Shown: positions 51,575 through 61,088, counted from the first letter of the stretch. The stretch: DNA of 64,000 nucleotides from Acidobacteriaceae bacterium (GCA_965276705.1 OZ255621.1:3808110-3872109), one strand, 5' to 3'. Notes: generated by a model from the sequence alone, not told the origin. A program made the numbers and translations.

Positions 51575-53803
51575 TCAGACGCGCGCCGTCTCCGTCCGGG
51601 CGCCGTTGACCGTCTCGGCAGCGCGTTTGTCTCGAGCTGCCGCTTGCTCCGCGGCACGCTGCGATGCGGTGGTCACGATGGTGGTGCCGCGCTGCTTGCG
51701 CAACTGCCGCTGGAACTCTTCGACATCGCGCACCAGCGCCGGATCCACGCGATCTCGATTGACCCGGTTGAGGGTGACGGCGACGCCCGGTACATCCAGC
51801 CGCTCCAGCAGATTGGCGGCGCGGGTGAGCTGGGCACGGGTCGTGCGGCCCGACTGCACTATCAGCACAGTGCCGTCGGCGACCCGGGCCAGATACTCCG
51901 TATCGGCCGAGATAAGAATGGGGCTGGCGTCGATCAGCACCACGTCGTAGTCATCCTTCACTTCGTTGAGGATCTGGGAGACGAAGGTGCCGCTGTAGAT
52001 GGGATTGCCGGCCGTCGACTGTCCGTCGACGTGCACGGACAGGTCGCCGCCGGCAGTGCGGCGCAGCTTGTCAGAGTAGCGGGCAGGACCCGGTTCTGCC
52101 GAAGCCGTGGTCTCATTGCGCACGTAGGCGATCTTGCCGTCGATGTTGGTGGCGGCCACCGTAAGCGTGTTCAGTCCCAGGTTACGCAGCTGCCGTCCCA
52201 ACTTTTCGACCACGGTGGTTGTCCCGCTCTCGGACGCAGTCGCTGTGAACAGGAAGGTCCGCGCTCCCGCGGTGTTGCGAGCATGCTGGATGCCGCCTGC
52301 CAAGCGCAGCAGATACTGCCCGCTGGCCTCGCTCGAAAAGTCATCATGATCGAGCAGAACACCGATCGGCGGGAAGCCGATGACGTGCTCGACATCCTGC
52401 GACGAATAGACGTAGGGGTCAATCGCATCGGCTGCCAGTGCTGCAGCAACGCCGGCACCGAGCGAGAGCAACAGCGCGGCAAGAGCGTAGAGCAGCGAAT
52501 GGTCCTTCGCCGGCGTCAAGGGCACCATGGCCGGGGAGGAGAGGTGGATCGTACCCGGTGAGCTGCTTTCGAGCTCGAGATCGCGGATACGGGAATCGAC
52601 GGCAGTGTAGCTGGCCTGGAGACGATCGATGTCCTTGCCGATACCCTTCGCCTGCTGATACTTCGGCGCAGCAGAGGTGGCCATGCGCGTCTGCGCAAGC
52701 AACTGGCCTTCGATCTGCGCTTCCACGGAACGGGTACGATTCAACTCGGCCTGATATCGGGTCTCGATGCGATTCGCAATACTCTTTTCGACCGTCGATG
52801 AGCTGCTGCTGAGCTGCTTGTCGATCTCGGCGATCTTTTCCTGGTCCTGGATGTAGAGCGGGTTGGACGACGTCAGGCCGTTCATCTCGGTCATCAACTG
52901 CGAGCGCCGGATGTTGAGGTTCTGGCGGATCGTGGAGAGACCCACATCGGTGCTGCTCTGGTCGACTGCTGCGCCGCTCAGCGCCTTGCCGCGGTAGGCG
53001 GTCAACTGGGCCTCGGCCGTCATCCGCTGCTGCTTGGCCTGCTCGAGGGCGGTCTGCAGCTGGCGAACGTTGGTGTCATACATATTCGCCGGGTCGTCGA
53101 TCACACTCACCTGCGCCACACCGAGCTGCTGCATCAGCTTGGCCTGTTCTGCCAATCGTTGATCGAGCTGCGTCTGCAGCTTGTTCCGCTCGTCTCGCAG
53201 CGTGGACAGCCGCTCGTCACGGCCATAGAACTCTTCGTTGTGGGCCTTGGCAATGAAGGCTTCGGTGACGGCATTTACCGTGGCCGCGGCCTTTTGTGCA
53301 TCGGGCGCAGTCAAGGCGATGCTCATCTGGAAGGTGCTGCCCACGCGGTCGACATCGAGGGCGTGCTGCAGGCGCGTGACGGCCGAGCTGATACTCTCTC
53401 CCGGCCGCTGCCAGCTACCGGGCGCCAGCTTCTGCAGCGCGGCCACGAGGATGTCGTAGCGGGTAACAGTCTGCACCTCGTCGGCGATGTAGCCGTCGTA
53501 GGGACGATCCTGCTCCTTGTTTTCATCCGAGGAGAGGGTCGTCGGGAAGGTTGGCGAGACGTAGACGTAGCTCGTCGCCTGGTACATGGTGCCGCTGCGC
53601 AGAAAGACGAAGGTGCCCGACAGCAGCAGGACGGCGAGCGTTGTCCATATCGCCAGCTTGCGGTGGCGCCGCAGGCTGGCCATGGGGTCGAGCGCCCGCT
53701 TCCGCGGTTCCTGATCCGGCGGCGGCAACGACGGTCGCTGAGGAAACACTACCGGTGTAAGAGCAGTCTCCGAAATCGTTCGATCAGTTCTCATGGCAGT
53801 CAC
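51575..53803 (-). CDS. Polysaccharide co-polymerase / Wzc(GumC)-like chain-length determinant with degenerate kinase-like domain
   Basis: N-terminal TM + Wzz-like region (YDILVAALQKL..), a long coiled-coil periplasmic part, a second TM (LLYALAALLLSLGAGVAAALA), and a C-terminal P-loop-fold domain (DYDVVLIDASPIL, GTVLIVQSGRT). Confidence 0.8.
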   Translation of the reverse strand: MTAMRTDRTISETALTPVVFPQRPSLPPPDQEPRKRALDPMASLRRHRKLAIWTTLAVLLLSGTFVFLRSGTMYQATSYVYVSPTFPTTLSSDENKEQDRPYDGYIADEVQTVTRYDILVAALQKLAPGSWQRPGESISSAVTRLQHALDVDRVGSTFQMSIALTAPDAQKAAATVNAVTEAFIAKAHNEEFYGRDERLSTLRDERNKLQTQLDQRLAEQAKLMQQLGVAQVSVIDDPANMYDTNVRQLQTALEQAKQQRMTAEAQLTAYRGKALSGAAVDQSSTDVGLSTIRQNLNIRRSQLMTEMNGLTSSNPLYIQDQEKIAEIDKQLSSSSSTVEKSIANRIETRYQAELNRTRSVEAQIEGQLLAQTRMATSAAPKYQQAKGIGKDIDRLQASYTAVDSRIRDLELESSSPGTIHLSSPAMVPLTPAKDHSLLYALAALLLSLGAGVAAALAADAIDPYVYSSQDVEHVIGFPPIGVLLDHDDFSSEASGQYLLRLAGGIQHARNTAGARTFLFTATASESGTTTVVEKLGRQLRNLGLNTLTVAATNIDGKIAYVRNETTASAEPGPARYSDKLRRTAGGDLSVHVDGQSTAGNPIYSGTFVSQILNEVKDDYDVVLIDASPILISADTEYLARVADGTVLIVQSGRTTRAQLTRAANLLERLDVPGVAVTLNRVNRDRVDPALVRDVEEFQRQLRKQRGTTIVTTASQRAAEQAAARDKRAAETVNGARTETARV

Positions 53804-53833
53804 TCTGTTCTCTCCTGGGTCCTGATTCGCGCT

Positions 53834-54874
53834 TTAGTGGATGGCCGCGCCAAAGGTAAGGGCCGTAGTGAGCGGACTCAATTGCTGCAGGACATAGCCG
53901 GTCTTGGCCAATCCGCCGCGGGGTACGTAGACGACCTCGCCCGGCTTCAATGAGACCTCAAGCGCTCCGGTGGGAGTGAGGAGGTCTTTGTAGCGCATGG
54001 GCCGCTGGGTGCCGGTGGCCGGGTCGATGATCATGATCTGCGGATTATTGCCCGCCTTCTCTGTGATGCCGCCCGCTTCGGCGATCATCGAGGGCAGCGT
54101 GGAGTTGTGCTTCAACTGGATCGCACCGGGATGGTTGACCTCGCCCAGTATCGAGACGAAGCGGTCCTGATCGTTCGGGACAAAGATTGTGTCGTTACGG
54201 CGCAGCCGCATGTCCGCCATGGAGCTTCCCTGGTTGAGCAGACCCTTGACGTCGACCCAAATGGCCTCGTCGTTGCCGCGATAGATGGCCACGCGGTCGG
54301 GGATAGGGTCGTCGATGGTGTGGCCCTGGCCGGTGGGCTGCATCAAGCCGGCTCGCGTGATTGCTTCGAGCAGGGTTGGGGTCTGGTCGAAGTACATGAT
54401 GCCGGGATGCTCGACGTAACCGGTGACCAGGACGCGGTTGGAGCCGTATTTATCGACGCCGACGATGCAGGTCACATTGGTGTAGTACTTCGACATCGCC
54501 TGTTCGATCGCCTTGGCCGCCTGGTCGCGGGTGAGCCCGGCCACATTGACATCGCCGGCCGAGGGCAGCGTGATCCGCCCGTCCGGTCCGACGGTGTGTT
54601 TGCCGGAGATATCCGGGCGTCCCGGGAACTCGAGCGAGATGTCGTCCCCGCCGCCCAGCTCGTACTCCTCATTCGCCGCCGGCTCCATCGACTTTAGCTG
54701 CGACATGGGACCGGGCTTGAGGGTGGGTGTGGCGGCAGGCTGTGGGCTTGTCATCGGCATCTGGGCCGGAGTCTGGGGAGCCGCCAACGCCGAGAGCGGC
54801 AAAAGCGAAGCCAGCAATACGAGAGAACCGAGCCGTGCAAACGAGGAACGTTCGGAAGAAGGGGTCAGGCACAT
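53834..54874 (-). CDS. Polysaccharide export protein (Wza-like: Poly_export + SLBB)
   Basis: YELGGGDDISLEFPGRPDISGKHTVGPDGRITLPSAGDVNVAGLTRDQAAKAIE and a later SLBB-like VSILGEVNHPGAIQL. The ATG at 54874 gives a signal peptide (FARLGSLVLLASLLPLSALAAPQ). The longer ORF to 55075 would overlap the upstream GT2. Confidence 0.85.
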   Translation of the reverse strand: MCLTPSSERSSFARLGSLVLLASLLPLSALAAPQTPAQMPMTSPQPAATPTLKPGPMSQLKSMEPAANEEYELGGGDDISLEFPGRPDISGKHTVGPDGRITLPSAGDVNVAGLTRDQAAKAIEQAMSKYYTNVTCIVGVDKYGSNRVLVTGYVEHPGIMYFDQTPTLLEAITRAGLMQPTGQGHTIDDPIPDRVAIYRGNDEAIWVDVKGLLNQGSSMADMRLRRNDTIFVPNDQDRFVSILGEVNHPGAIQLKHNSTLPSMIAEAGGITEKAGNNPQIMIIDPATGTQRPMRYKDLLTPTGALEVSLKPGEVVYVPRGGLAKTGYVLQQLSPLTTALTFGAAIH

Positions 54875-54972
54875 ACGAAAGGAAACTCCTGTGGACAACG
54901 GGGTGGGTGCGCGATCGGGAACGCACATCGAATCGCCGGCCCATCCGGCACGAAACGTGGAGAGATATGGCG

Positions 54973-56271
54973 TCATTGGCCCACCTCCGCAGACTGCGCC
55001 GTCAGCTCTGGCATCGAGAGCGAAGCCGCGTCGGCACTCGAGTGGGGCGCACGTTCGCGCTCCGTCCGGACCCACGCCGCGTTCTGCCGCGCCGACGCCA
55101 GGATGCGGGGCAGCATTCCCAACTTCCAGAACATGTAGCGAGGTACGGAAAGAAGGGTCTGCAGGGCGACGCGCCAGTTGTTGCCTTCTGCGGCTGCACA
55201 GCCGACATGGCCGAGCAGGACGGCAAAGCCCGCGAGGGCATAAAGACGAAGCCAGGTGACCGGCAACAGAAGCGAGAGCGAGAGCAGCGCGACCTCACTC
55301 GCCAGGGTCAAGCTGGTCAGCTCAAGCGCCGGCTCAAGCAGGCGTAGACGGCCACGCAGGACGCGACCCAGCAGGCGAGGCAGCCAGACCCGGCGCATGC
55401 GCATGCGTCCACCCTCCCAGCGCGCCCGCTGCGAGGAGGCCGCGGCCGCGGCGGTGGGCATCTCGCTCGAGACGGTTGCGTCCTCTAAGAAGATGACCCG
55501 GATGCCGGCATCGACCAGCCGCAGGTGATACTCCAGGTCTTCGACGAGGGAGCTTGCCTCGTAAGGGACGCGCTCCAGTACCGAGCTACGAAGACCGAAG
55601 CCGTTGCCGAAGATACCGGCTGATAGACCCAGCCGGGAACGGCCACGCGGCCGGACGACATTGAATCCAAGAAAGCCGAGTGCCATCAGCCGCGTGCGCG
55701 CTTCGTCTTCGCCGCCCCGGACAATATAGCGAGACTGGAAGGCATCCGCGCCGTGAGCGAGTGCGTCGAGAATTGCGGCCGAGAATCCCGGAGCAACGAC
55801 AGAATCCGCGTCGACGACCGCCTGCACGGAGGCGCCTCGCTCGGTGGCGAGGCGGAAGCCGGCGCGGAGTGCGGCGCCTTTGCCCTCGCTGCCATCGTCA
55901 TTTAGTACAAGCACGCTGGCGCCGGCCTCGGTAGCGACCGCAGCGGTCGAGTCCGTGCAATTGTGCGCGACCACGAGCACCGAACCGGCGGCCGGAAGGT
56001 CGGCCAGCAGGCTGCGCACGCAGCGCCCAACCAAAGCCGCCTCATTGTGCGCCGGCACAACCACGGTCAAGCTGTGGAGGAAAGAGGAGTGCGCATCGCG
56101 TTTTGTGCCGGACTGAACCGCTTGCCGAGGCAACAGCGAGCCTGCCGTCAGGGTGAGCAGCTCCAAGAGCAGCGGCGCTGTCGCCACCGCGAGAATCGAG
56201 GACGCAATCCGCAGCAGCGACGAGGCCCCGCTCGAGGTGGAAGGAAAAGCAGAGAGGGAGAAGAGTGTCAT
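54973..56271 (-). CDS. Membrane-associated glycosyltransferase family 2
   Basis: LTVVVPAHNEAALVGRCVRSLL..VLVVAHNCTDSTA..LNDDGSEGKGAALRAGF, flanked by hydrophobic segments. The ATG at 56271 sits 1 nt after the upstream gene's stop (TAGCATG). Confidence 0.8.
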   Translation of the reverse strand: MTLFSLSAFPSTSSGASSLLRIASSILAVATAPLLLELLTLTAGSLLPRQAVQSGTKRDAHSSFLHSLTVVVPAHNEAALVGRCVRSLLADLPAAGSVLVVAHNCTDSTAAVATEAGASVLVLNDDGSEGKGAALRAGFRLATERGASVQAVVDADSVVAPGFSAAILDALAHGADAFQSRYIVRGGEDEARTRLMALGFLGFNVVRPRGRSRLGLSAGIFGNGFGLRSSVLERVPYEASSLVEDLEYHLRLVDAGIRVIFLEDATVSSEMPTAAAAASSQRARWEGGRMRMRRVWLPRLLGRVLRGRLRLLEPALELTSLTLASEVALLSLSLLLPVTWLRLYALAGFAVLLGHVGCAAAEGNNWRVALQTLLSVPRYMFWKLGMLPRILASARQNAAWVRTERERAPHSSADAASLSMPELTAQSAEVGQ

Positions 56272-56272
56272 G

Positions 56273-57634
56273 CTAGCTCCACACTCGGCGGAACGCGAAT
56301 CGGACGGGCGATGCGTAGACAGCAGCCCGCTCGGGCACAGCGGCCAGGGCCTTCGTCGGACGCAGCTCCTGGGACCAGCCGATGATGAGAAAGAAGAGCG
56401 TGTAGGTCTGAAAGCCCAGGTAGACCGTCGTGATGCTGAGGGTGATGGTGACGAACGCGGCCAGCAGACAAAGCGCAAACGAGGTCTCGGAGCGATCTCG
56501 GGAGCGCATCGCAGTGCGGACCAGACGATATCCCGTGGCCAGGATCAGCAGCGTGAAGAGAGCGAGGCCGAGATATCCGTCGCGCAGTGCGACGTTCAGA
56601 TATTCATTGTCGATCGAGCCCTGACCGTCGACGTGGGGAAAGTTCAGCCCGTAACCAAAGACTCCACCGCGTTCGACGACCGGGGTGTAATTGACGATCA
56701 AGTAGCGTCGATACTGTGCGTTCTCCTGATCCTGGTCCGATGCGGCGTGATTGATGCTGGTGTAGTTGTTGAGCACCGAATAAGAGACAGCCATCAACAG
56801 CGCGCTCGCGATCACTACGTTGCGGAAGGCGCGCTTCTGGTTCTTGGCCCGCGCTGCCAGCACCAGCAGAATGCCGAAGGCGCCCCCCAGCCAGGGACCA
56901 CGGGACTGCGTCATCCAGACACCGAGCGCAAGTCCGAGGATGATGTAGACAGACTTACGGCCGGGAAGGAAGTTGAGTCGGCTGAACTTGCTGCCCCACA
57001 TCTGTTCGTTGCCCAGCCAGATGGCGAACAAGAGCGCGCAGAACAACACGCAATCGGCCAGAATGGCGTTGCCGTAAGGACCGGCGATACGGGCATAGCC
57101 CCAACGGAGCTGCATGCCGAGATGGCTCTGGTTATGGAAGATCCGGTCCGACCAGATGCGGAAATAATTTTGCGCCATCCGGTACTCGTATAAGGAGAGA
57201 AGAGAGATCACGAAGGCCAGGAAGGCGAAGCGCTTCACTATAGCAACGCGCAGGCCAGGCCGCTCCACGGCAACCCGGCCAATGATGTAAGCAGGAAAGA
57301 CGCCGATGGCGGTGGCTGTGCCCAGGGCTAGTCCCGCCGACTGGCCGTCGGCATTCCAGTTCGAGAGAAGGACGCTAAAGCAGAAAAAGGCGACCAGCAG
57401 ATCCACCAGCGTGTATCGCCAGTGCCGCGCGTACTTGAGGACAAGACTGCCCGCGATGACGGTGGCGACCATATCCATGATGTCAAGCTCGACGCCCTTG
57501 AACCTCCAGCCGGTGCCGTAGGGCCAGAGCATCATCAGCGGGATATAGACATTCAGGACCGCACGCTCCGGACCGCCCTTCCAGATGGCAACCAGAGCGA
57601 CAGCGATACCCGAGATGAGCAGAAGTGCAAGCAT
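56273..57634 (-). CDS. O-antigen ligase/polymerase-like (Wzy_C) integral membrane protein
   Basis: More than 10 hydrophobic segments. Characteristic loop GVWMTQSRGPWLGGAFGILLVLAA. The ATG at 57634 (MLALLLISGIAVALV) is preferred over the track start at 57814. Confidence 0.75.
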   Translation of the reverse strand: MLALLLISGIAVALVAIWKGGPERAVLNVYIPLMMLWPYGTGWRFKGVELDIMDMVATVIAGSLVLKYARHWRYTLVDLLVAFFCFSVLLSNWNADGQSAGLALGTATAIGVFPAYIIGRVAVERPGLRVAIVKRFAFLAFVISLLSLYEYRMAQNYFRIWSDRIFHNQSHLGMQLRWGYARIAGPYGNAILADCVLFCALLFAIWLGNEQMWGSKFSRLNFLPGRKSVYIILGLALGVWMTQSRGPWLGGAFGILLVLAARAKNQKRAFRNVVIASALLMAVSYSVLNNYTSINHAASDQDQENAQYRRYLIVNYTPVVERGGVFGYGLNFPHVDGQGSIDNEYLNVALRDGYLGLALFTLLILATGYRLVRTAMRSRDRSETSFALCLLAAFVTITLSITTVYLGFQTYTLFFLIIGWSQELRPTKALAAVPERAAVYASPVRFAFRRVWS

Positions 57635-57681
57635 GTTCTTTGATTTCAACCTACTCGTACCTTGCCAGTCTAGGGCGAAGA

Positions 57682-58938
57682 CTAGCGACCGGAGGCTTCT
57701 TTTACGGCGGGGAGGATAGCGGAAGTACCCTGCACCATGTGTCGAAAGGAATCCTGAACCGGCTGTGTACGGAAGGCCAAAAGGCGCGAACCTGCAACCG
57801 GAGCCGGTATCCATGCCGCCGTCGGCTCAATGCGGCGCATCGCCTCAGGAATCCCCGTAGCGATGTGCAGCGAGGAGCCAAAGCGTCCGGCACGGATGAC
57901 GCGCTCGACCAGGGGACGCAGACCGGTCAGCCACAACTCGCGCCGCATCGCGCGGGCGCGGCCCATGACACGGATCAGCATACCCAGCGCGTCGGGCCCG
58001 ACATAGGACGACTGGCTGAGGTCGAGGACCACATGGTTGCCACCGGCAAAGGCACGCAACGTCTCCTCGGCAAAGCATTCCATGATAGGTCCGGTAAAGT
58101 CGCCCGTCACATGCAGGATGCTTACCTCGTCGGCTGCATCGACGGCCAGTTGCGGCAACCGAGTCTGCCGGGATTGAAAGGCATAGGCGGCCACCTGTTG
58201 GGGCAGATGACGGATCAGCCCGTAGGCATTGCCGGTGTAACGACCGACCAAACGTTTCGGCTCCTGCAGGGTTCGATAGAGCCACTCCAGGCCGCTGCGC
58301 TGCATCCACCGCGGAGCGCGCGCCACCGTGCCGGCGAGAAAGTCGAACGTGCCGCCGACCCCGATCGCTACCGGCACCTGCAAGCGATGGCGATGCATGG
58401 AAATCCACTTCTCCTGCTTTGGATTGCCAAAGGCGACCAGCAGGATGTCCGGACGGGCCTCGGCAATAGCCTCGAGCATAAAGGCATGGTCCATATTCTC
58501 CAGCGATGCGCGGGGCGGGGAGAGTTTGCCTACGATATTGACGCCGGGCGCCTCGGCCTCCAGCGCGGCGGCAGCGCCTGCCAGACTCTCCGAGGAGCCG
58601 CCGAGTAGAAAGATGCGGTAACCGCGGGCGGCCGCCAGGCCGGCAATGCGGGGAACCAGATCGACGCCCGTCACCCGGCCGTTCAGCGGGGCGCCGAGCA
58701 TCCGCGAAGTCCATACCAGCGGCATACCGTCCGCCACAACCATGTCGCAGCGGCGGAGAATCTCGCCCAGTTCGTGATCGTGGACCGCGTTGATCAGAAA
58801 ATCCGTATTGGCCGTGGCCAATTGATGGAAGCCGCCCTCGGCAATCCAGGCGTCCACACGCGACAGAACTTCGTCGACAGTGACGTTGTCGATCGGGATC
58901 CCAAGAACCGCGACCGGATTGCTACCTCTCATCGGCAT
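57682..58938 (-). CDS. WecB/TagA/CpsF (GT26) glycosyltransferase fused to a C-terminal STAS domain
   Basis: GT26 blocks VVADGMPLVWTSRMLG, RIFLLGGSSE, PDILLVAFGNPKQEKWI, IGVGGTFDFLAGTVARAPRWMQRSGLEWLYRTLQEPKRL. A STAS-like stretch follows: VSILHVTGDFTGPIMECFAEETL..GNHVVLDLSQSSYVGPDALGMLIRV..RRELWLTGLRPLVERVIRAGRF. Confidence 0.85.
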   Translation of the reverse strand: MPMRGSNPVAVLGIPIDNVTVDEVLSRVDAWIAEGGFHQLATANTDFLINAVHDHELGEILRRCDMVVADGMPLVWTSRMLGAPLNGRVTGVDLVPRIAGLAAARGYRIFLLGGSSESLAGAAAALEAEAPGVNIVGKLSPPRASLENMDHAFMLEAIAEARPDILLVAFGNPKQEKWISMHRHRLQVPVAIGVGGTFDFLAGTVARAPRWMQRSGLEWLYRTLQEPKRLVGRYTGNAYGLIRHLPQQVAAYAFQSRQTRLPQLAVDAADEVSILHVTGDFTGPIMECFAEETLRAFAGGNHVVLDLSQSSYVGPDALGMLIRVMGRARAMRRELWLTGLRPLVERVIRAGRFGSSLHIATGIPEAMRRIEPTAAWIPAPVAGSRLLAFRTQPVQDSFRHMVQGTSAILPAVKEASGR

Positions 58939-59183
58939 AAATCAACCCTCTCAAACTCAAACCAGCAGTAGGACAATCGTTCGGGGGAACAGAATGGGGT
59001 GCCACCAATAGGAATCTGGCGTCACACCCCGGAGAACCAACGCAGAGTAAACCCGTTCCTCAAGACCGCAGAGAGCTGGAGAGGAAGTGTTTTCTCTCCA
59101 GCTGCCTTCCCAGAGACCACAAGTACTGCAGAACAGCCACACAACAGAAGGCCAAGCACTAAAACGGTTCAGGTACGCCAGTG

Positions 59184-59444
59184 TTAAGAAGCCTGACGGT
59201 CCTCGCGGACCAGGGAGGGAAAGGACAGGACCTTCTCCCGTTCAAAGAGCCAGGTGACCTCCGAGTTCAGGGCGGTGGCGATGGCCTGCCGCAGCACGTC
59301 TCCCGGTTCCCGGCTTCCGTTTACGATCCGGCTGAGGTAGGCCTCATGGATGCCAACCATCTTGGCAAGCCGGTTTTGACGGATCCCCTTCTTGTAAATC
59401 GTCAGCTTCAGATTCGGGTAAATAGATCGCTCGTCGAGTTTCAC
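59184..59444 (-). CDS. XRE-family helix-turn-helix transcriptional regulator
   Basis: 86 aa. HTH region GIRQNRLAKMVGIHEAYLSRIVNG. Confidence 0.8.
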   Translation of the reverse strand: MKLDERSIYPNLKLTIYKKGIRQNRLAKMVGIHEAYLSRIVNGSREPGDVLRQAIATALNSEVTWLFEREKVLSFPSLVREDRQAS

Positions 59445-59534
59445 TTTTTACTCGCCCCTTTGCTTATCCCCAAGCTTGAGTGCTACCGGGATGCTCCCAA
59501 AAGTACAGGGAGTCCCAAAAACTTGCCACAGTGC

Positions 59535-59599
59535 TTTAGTACTCATGTAGTCACCACATATTCTCCACGGTAACCATCCGCAATAATTTGAGTACTAAA
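59535..59599. promoter_or_regulatory. Candidate operator pair upstream of the XRE gene
   Basis: TTTAGTACTC (59535-59544) and its exact reverse complement GAGTACTAAA (59590-59599). Each is centred on the palindrome AGTACT, and both lie in the AT-rich region 90-155 nt upstream of the XRE start. Confidence 0.4.
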
Positions 59600-59962
59600 A
59601 AGTTACCTAAATACACCAAGTACCCAGACTTTATTCGCTAAATGAGATGCACTTGGCCTGTTACTGGCGAAACGGGCCTGTTGAAATTATTGCAAGTTGC
59701 CGCTTCTTACTGCAAAAATTCCCGTCGGTACGAGGCAACTCTTTCCAGGACTGACAGAAAGCTGTGGAATGTAAATCCTCCCTCATTCTTGCCAGATATT
59801 TCTTGACAATGGGCATAAGCCAGTCCTGAATGCTGAAACACCGTCTGTGACTGAGAGTTTTCACGCAGAATTCGCAGACTTGGGGAAGCAGAGTCAAGAG
59901 ACGACCGTGTTTGCGACGGATCTGGGGGAGACGGGCCAGAGGCGGGTGCCCTGGCAGTCATT

Positions 59963-60787
59963 TCAGCGTGAGGCGGGGCGGCTCAGGACAAAGGTGAGGA
60001 TGGTTTCGCCTGGTGGGGCGCTCGCGTCAAGGGCTGCCTGGTCCAATGCCTTGGACAGATCGTCCGGCTCTGGGGTCATGGCTGCGGCAGCAACTTCCTC
60101 TGGACGGGCGTTCTGAAAGCAAAGCTCGCATACGCCGAAGCCTTCGGAGGTAGCTATTGGCGGCCCGAAGACCCGGCAGGTGTGCGGCCTGGCTTGGTAA
60201 AGATCACAGGTGCCGGTTCCGGGGTCGAGCGCGGGACAGATCTCTTGGTTGCCGAAATCCTCAAAGCTGTTGGCGAATTCGACGCCTCCGTCCGTATGCA
60301 GTAGTCCGGACGCGATATCTCCGGGGAACTGCCCATTCACGCGATCCCAAGAGGTGACGGCGCGGGCACGTAGCCGGGCGGAGCGTTCCGGGTCATCCCG
60401 GTCCAGTTCCGCGAGACCCTGCTGTGCACGAAGAACGTCCGCAGGTCCGATGGCGAAGACGCCGACGCAGCACTGCGAGCAGCCGGGCCGACAGAGCAGA
60501 TGCGGTCCGCTGCGACCAGCAGCGTCCTGAAAATTACCGTCGACCAGCGCGACGAAGCCCTGGTCGAGTTGGCGAAAGTGCGCCTCGGATTGGCGGGGGA
60601 AACCCACCACTGCATCGTACGTCTTGTCGAGGAGTCTTTTTCGCTCGATGGAGATGCGGAGGCGAAGCGGTCGGATGTCAGCTCGTTCGGCACCGAAAGG
60701 GCCAGAGAGGGGCCAGAGCCGAGACAACGGACGGAAAGAAGACAGGGAAGCGATCGGGGGTAACGTTCTGGAAGTTGCCCCGATCAC
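59963..60787 (-). CDS. YkgJ-family (CxxCxxCC) cysteine-cluster protein
   Basis: CRPGCSQCCVGVF plus a second cluster CPALDPGTGTCDLYQARPHTCRVFG. The N-terminal about 90 aa may be over-extended. Confidence 0.7.
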   Translation of the reverse strand: MIGATSRTLPPIASLSSFRPLSRLWPLSGPFGAERADIRPLRLRISIERKRLLDKTYDAVVGFPRQSEAHFRQLDQGFVALVDGNFQDAAGRSGPHLLCRPGCSQCCVGVFAIGPADVLRAQQGLAELDRDDPERSARLRARAVTSWDRVNGQFPGDIASGLLHTDGGVEFANSFEDFGNQEICPALDPGTGTCDLYQARPHTCRVFGPPIATSEGFGVCELCFQNARPEEVAAAAMTPEPDDLSKALDQAALDASAPPGETILTFVLSRPASR

Positions 60788-60803
60788 CTACAAACCAATG
60801 ATT

Positions 60804-61088
60804 TTAAAAGGAATCGGCGACTTTGCCAGCCGTCTTCGAAACCTTGCGGGCGATCGAATCTGCCTGGGAGGCAACATCGTCAGCAACGTCGCGGGCGCGC
60901 GAATACACCTTGTTCGCGTGCTTTCCCAGGCCATCCGCTGTGTCCTTAAGATAATCGCCGGTGTCGTCGAACTTCCGCTTCCACTGTTTGCGGGTCTTGT
61001 CTCCGGTCCGCGGTGCGTAGGCCAATGCTACGGCTGCTCCTGCGGCAACCCCAATCGAAAAAACGGTCCAATATTTAACTACGCTCAT
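60804..61088 (-). CDS. YtxH domain protein
   Basis: MSVVKYWTVFSIGVAAGAAVALAYAPRTGDKTRK, followed by a helical Lys/Asp-rich tail. Strong AGGAGGAAG RBS 6 nt upstream of the ATG at 61088. Confidence 0.8.
   Translation of the reverse strand: MSVVKYWTVFSIGVAAGAAVALAYAPRTGDKTRKQWKRKFDDTGDYLKDTADGLGKHANKVYSRARDVADDVASQADSIARKVSKTAGKVADSF

Noticed and set aside
54875-55075. Upstream extensions of the Wza-like gene (to 55075), the GT2 gene (56272-56478), the Wzy-like gene (57635-57814) and the TonB receptor gene (15629-15745).
   Set aside because: The extensions overlap the preceding genes and lack signal or TM logic. Internal ATGs give proper signal peptides or TM starts and tight gene spacing.
59075-59102. 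A hairpin GCTGGAGAG-n10-CTCTCCAGC downstream of the XRE gene.
   Set aside because: There is no U-tract on the relevant (minus) strand, so the evidence for a terminator is weak.
59661-59897. A 78-aa Cys-rich ORF on the minus strand in the AT-rich gap (and the overlapping 59707-59961 ORF). I considered it as a possible toxin partner of the XRE gene.
   Set aside because: It is 216 nt from the XRE gene, has no RBS that I could see, and has no family resemblance. I left it as part of the intergenic finding instead.
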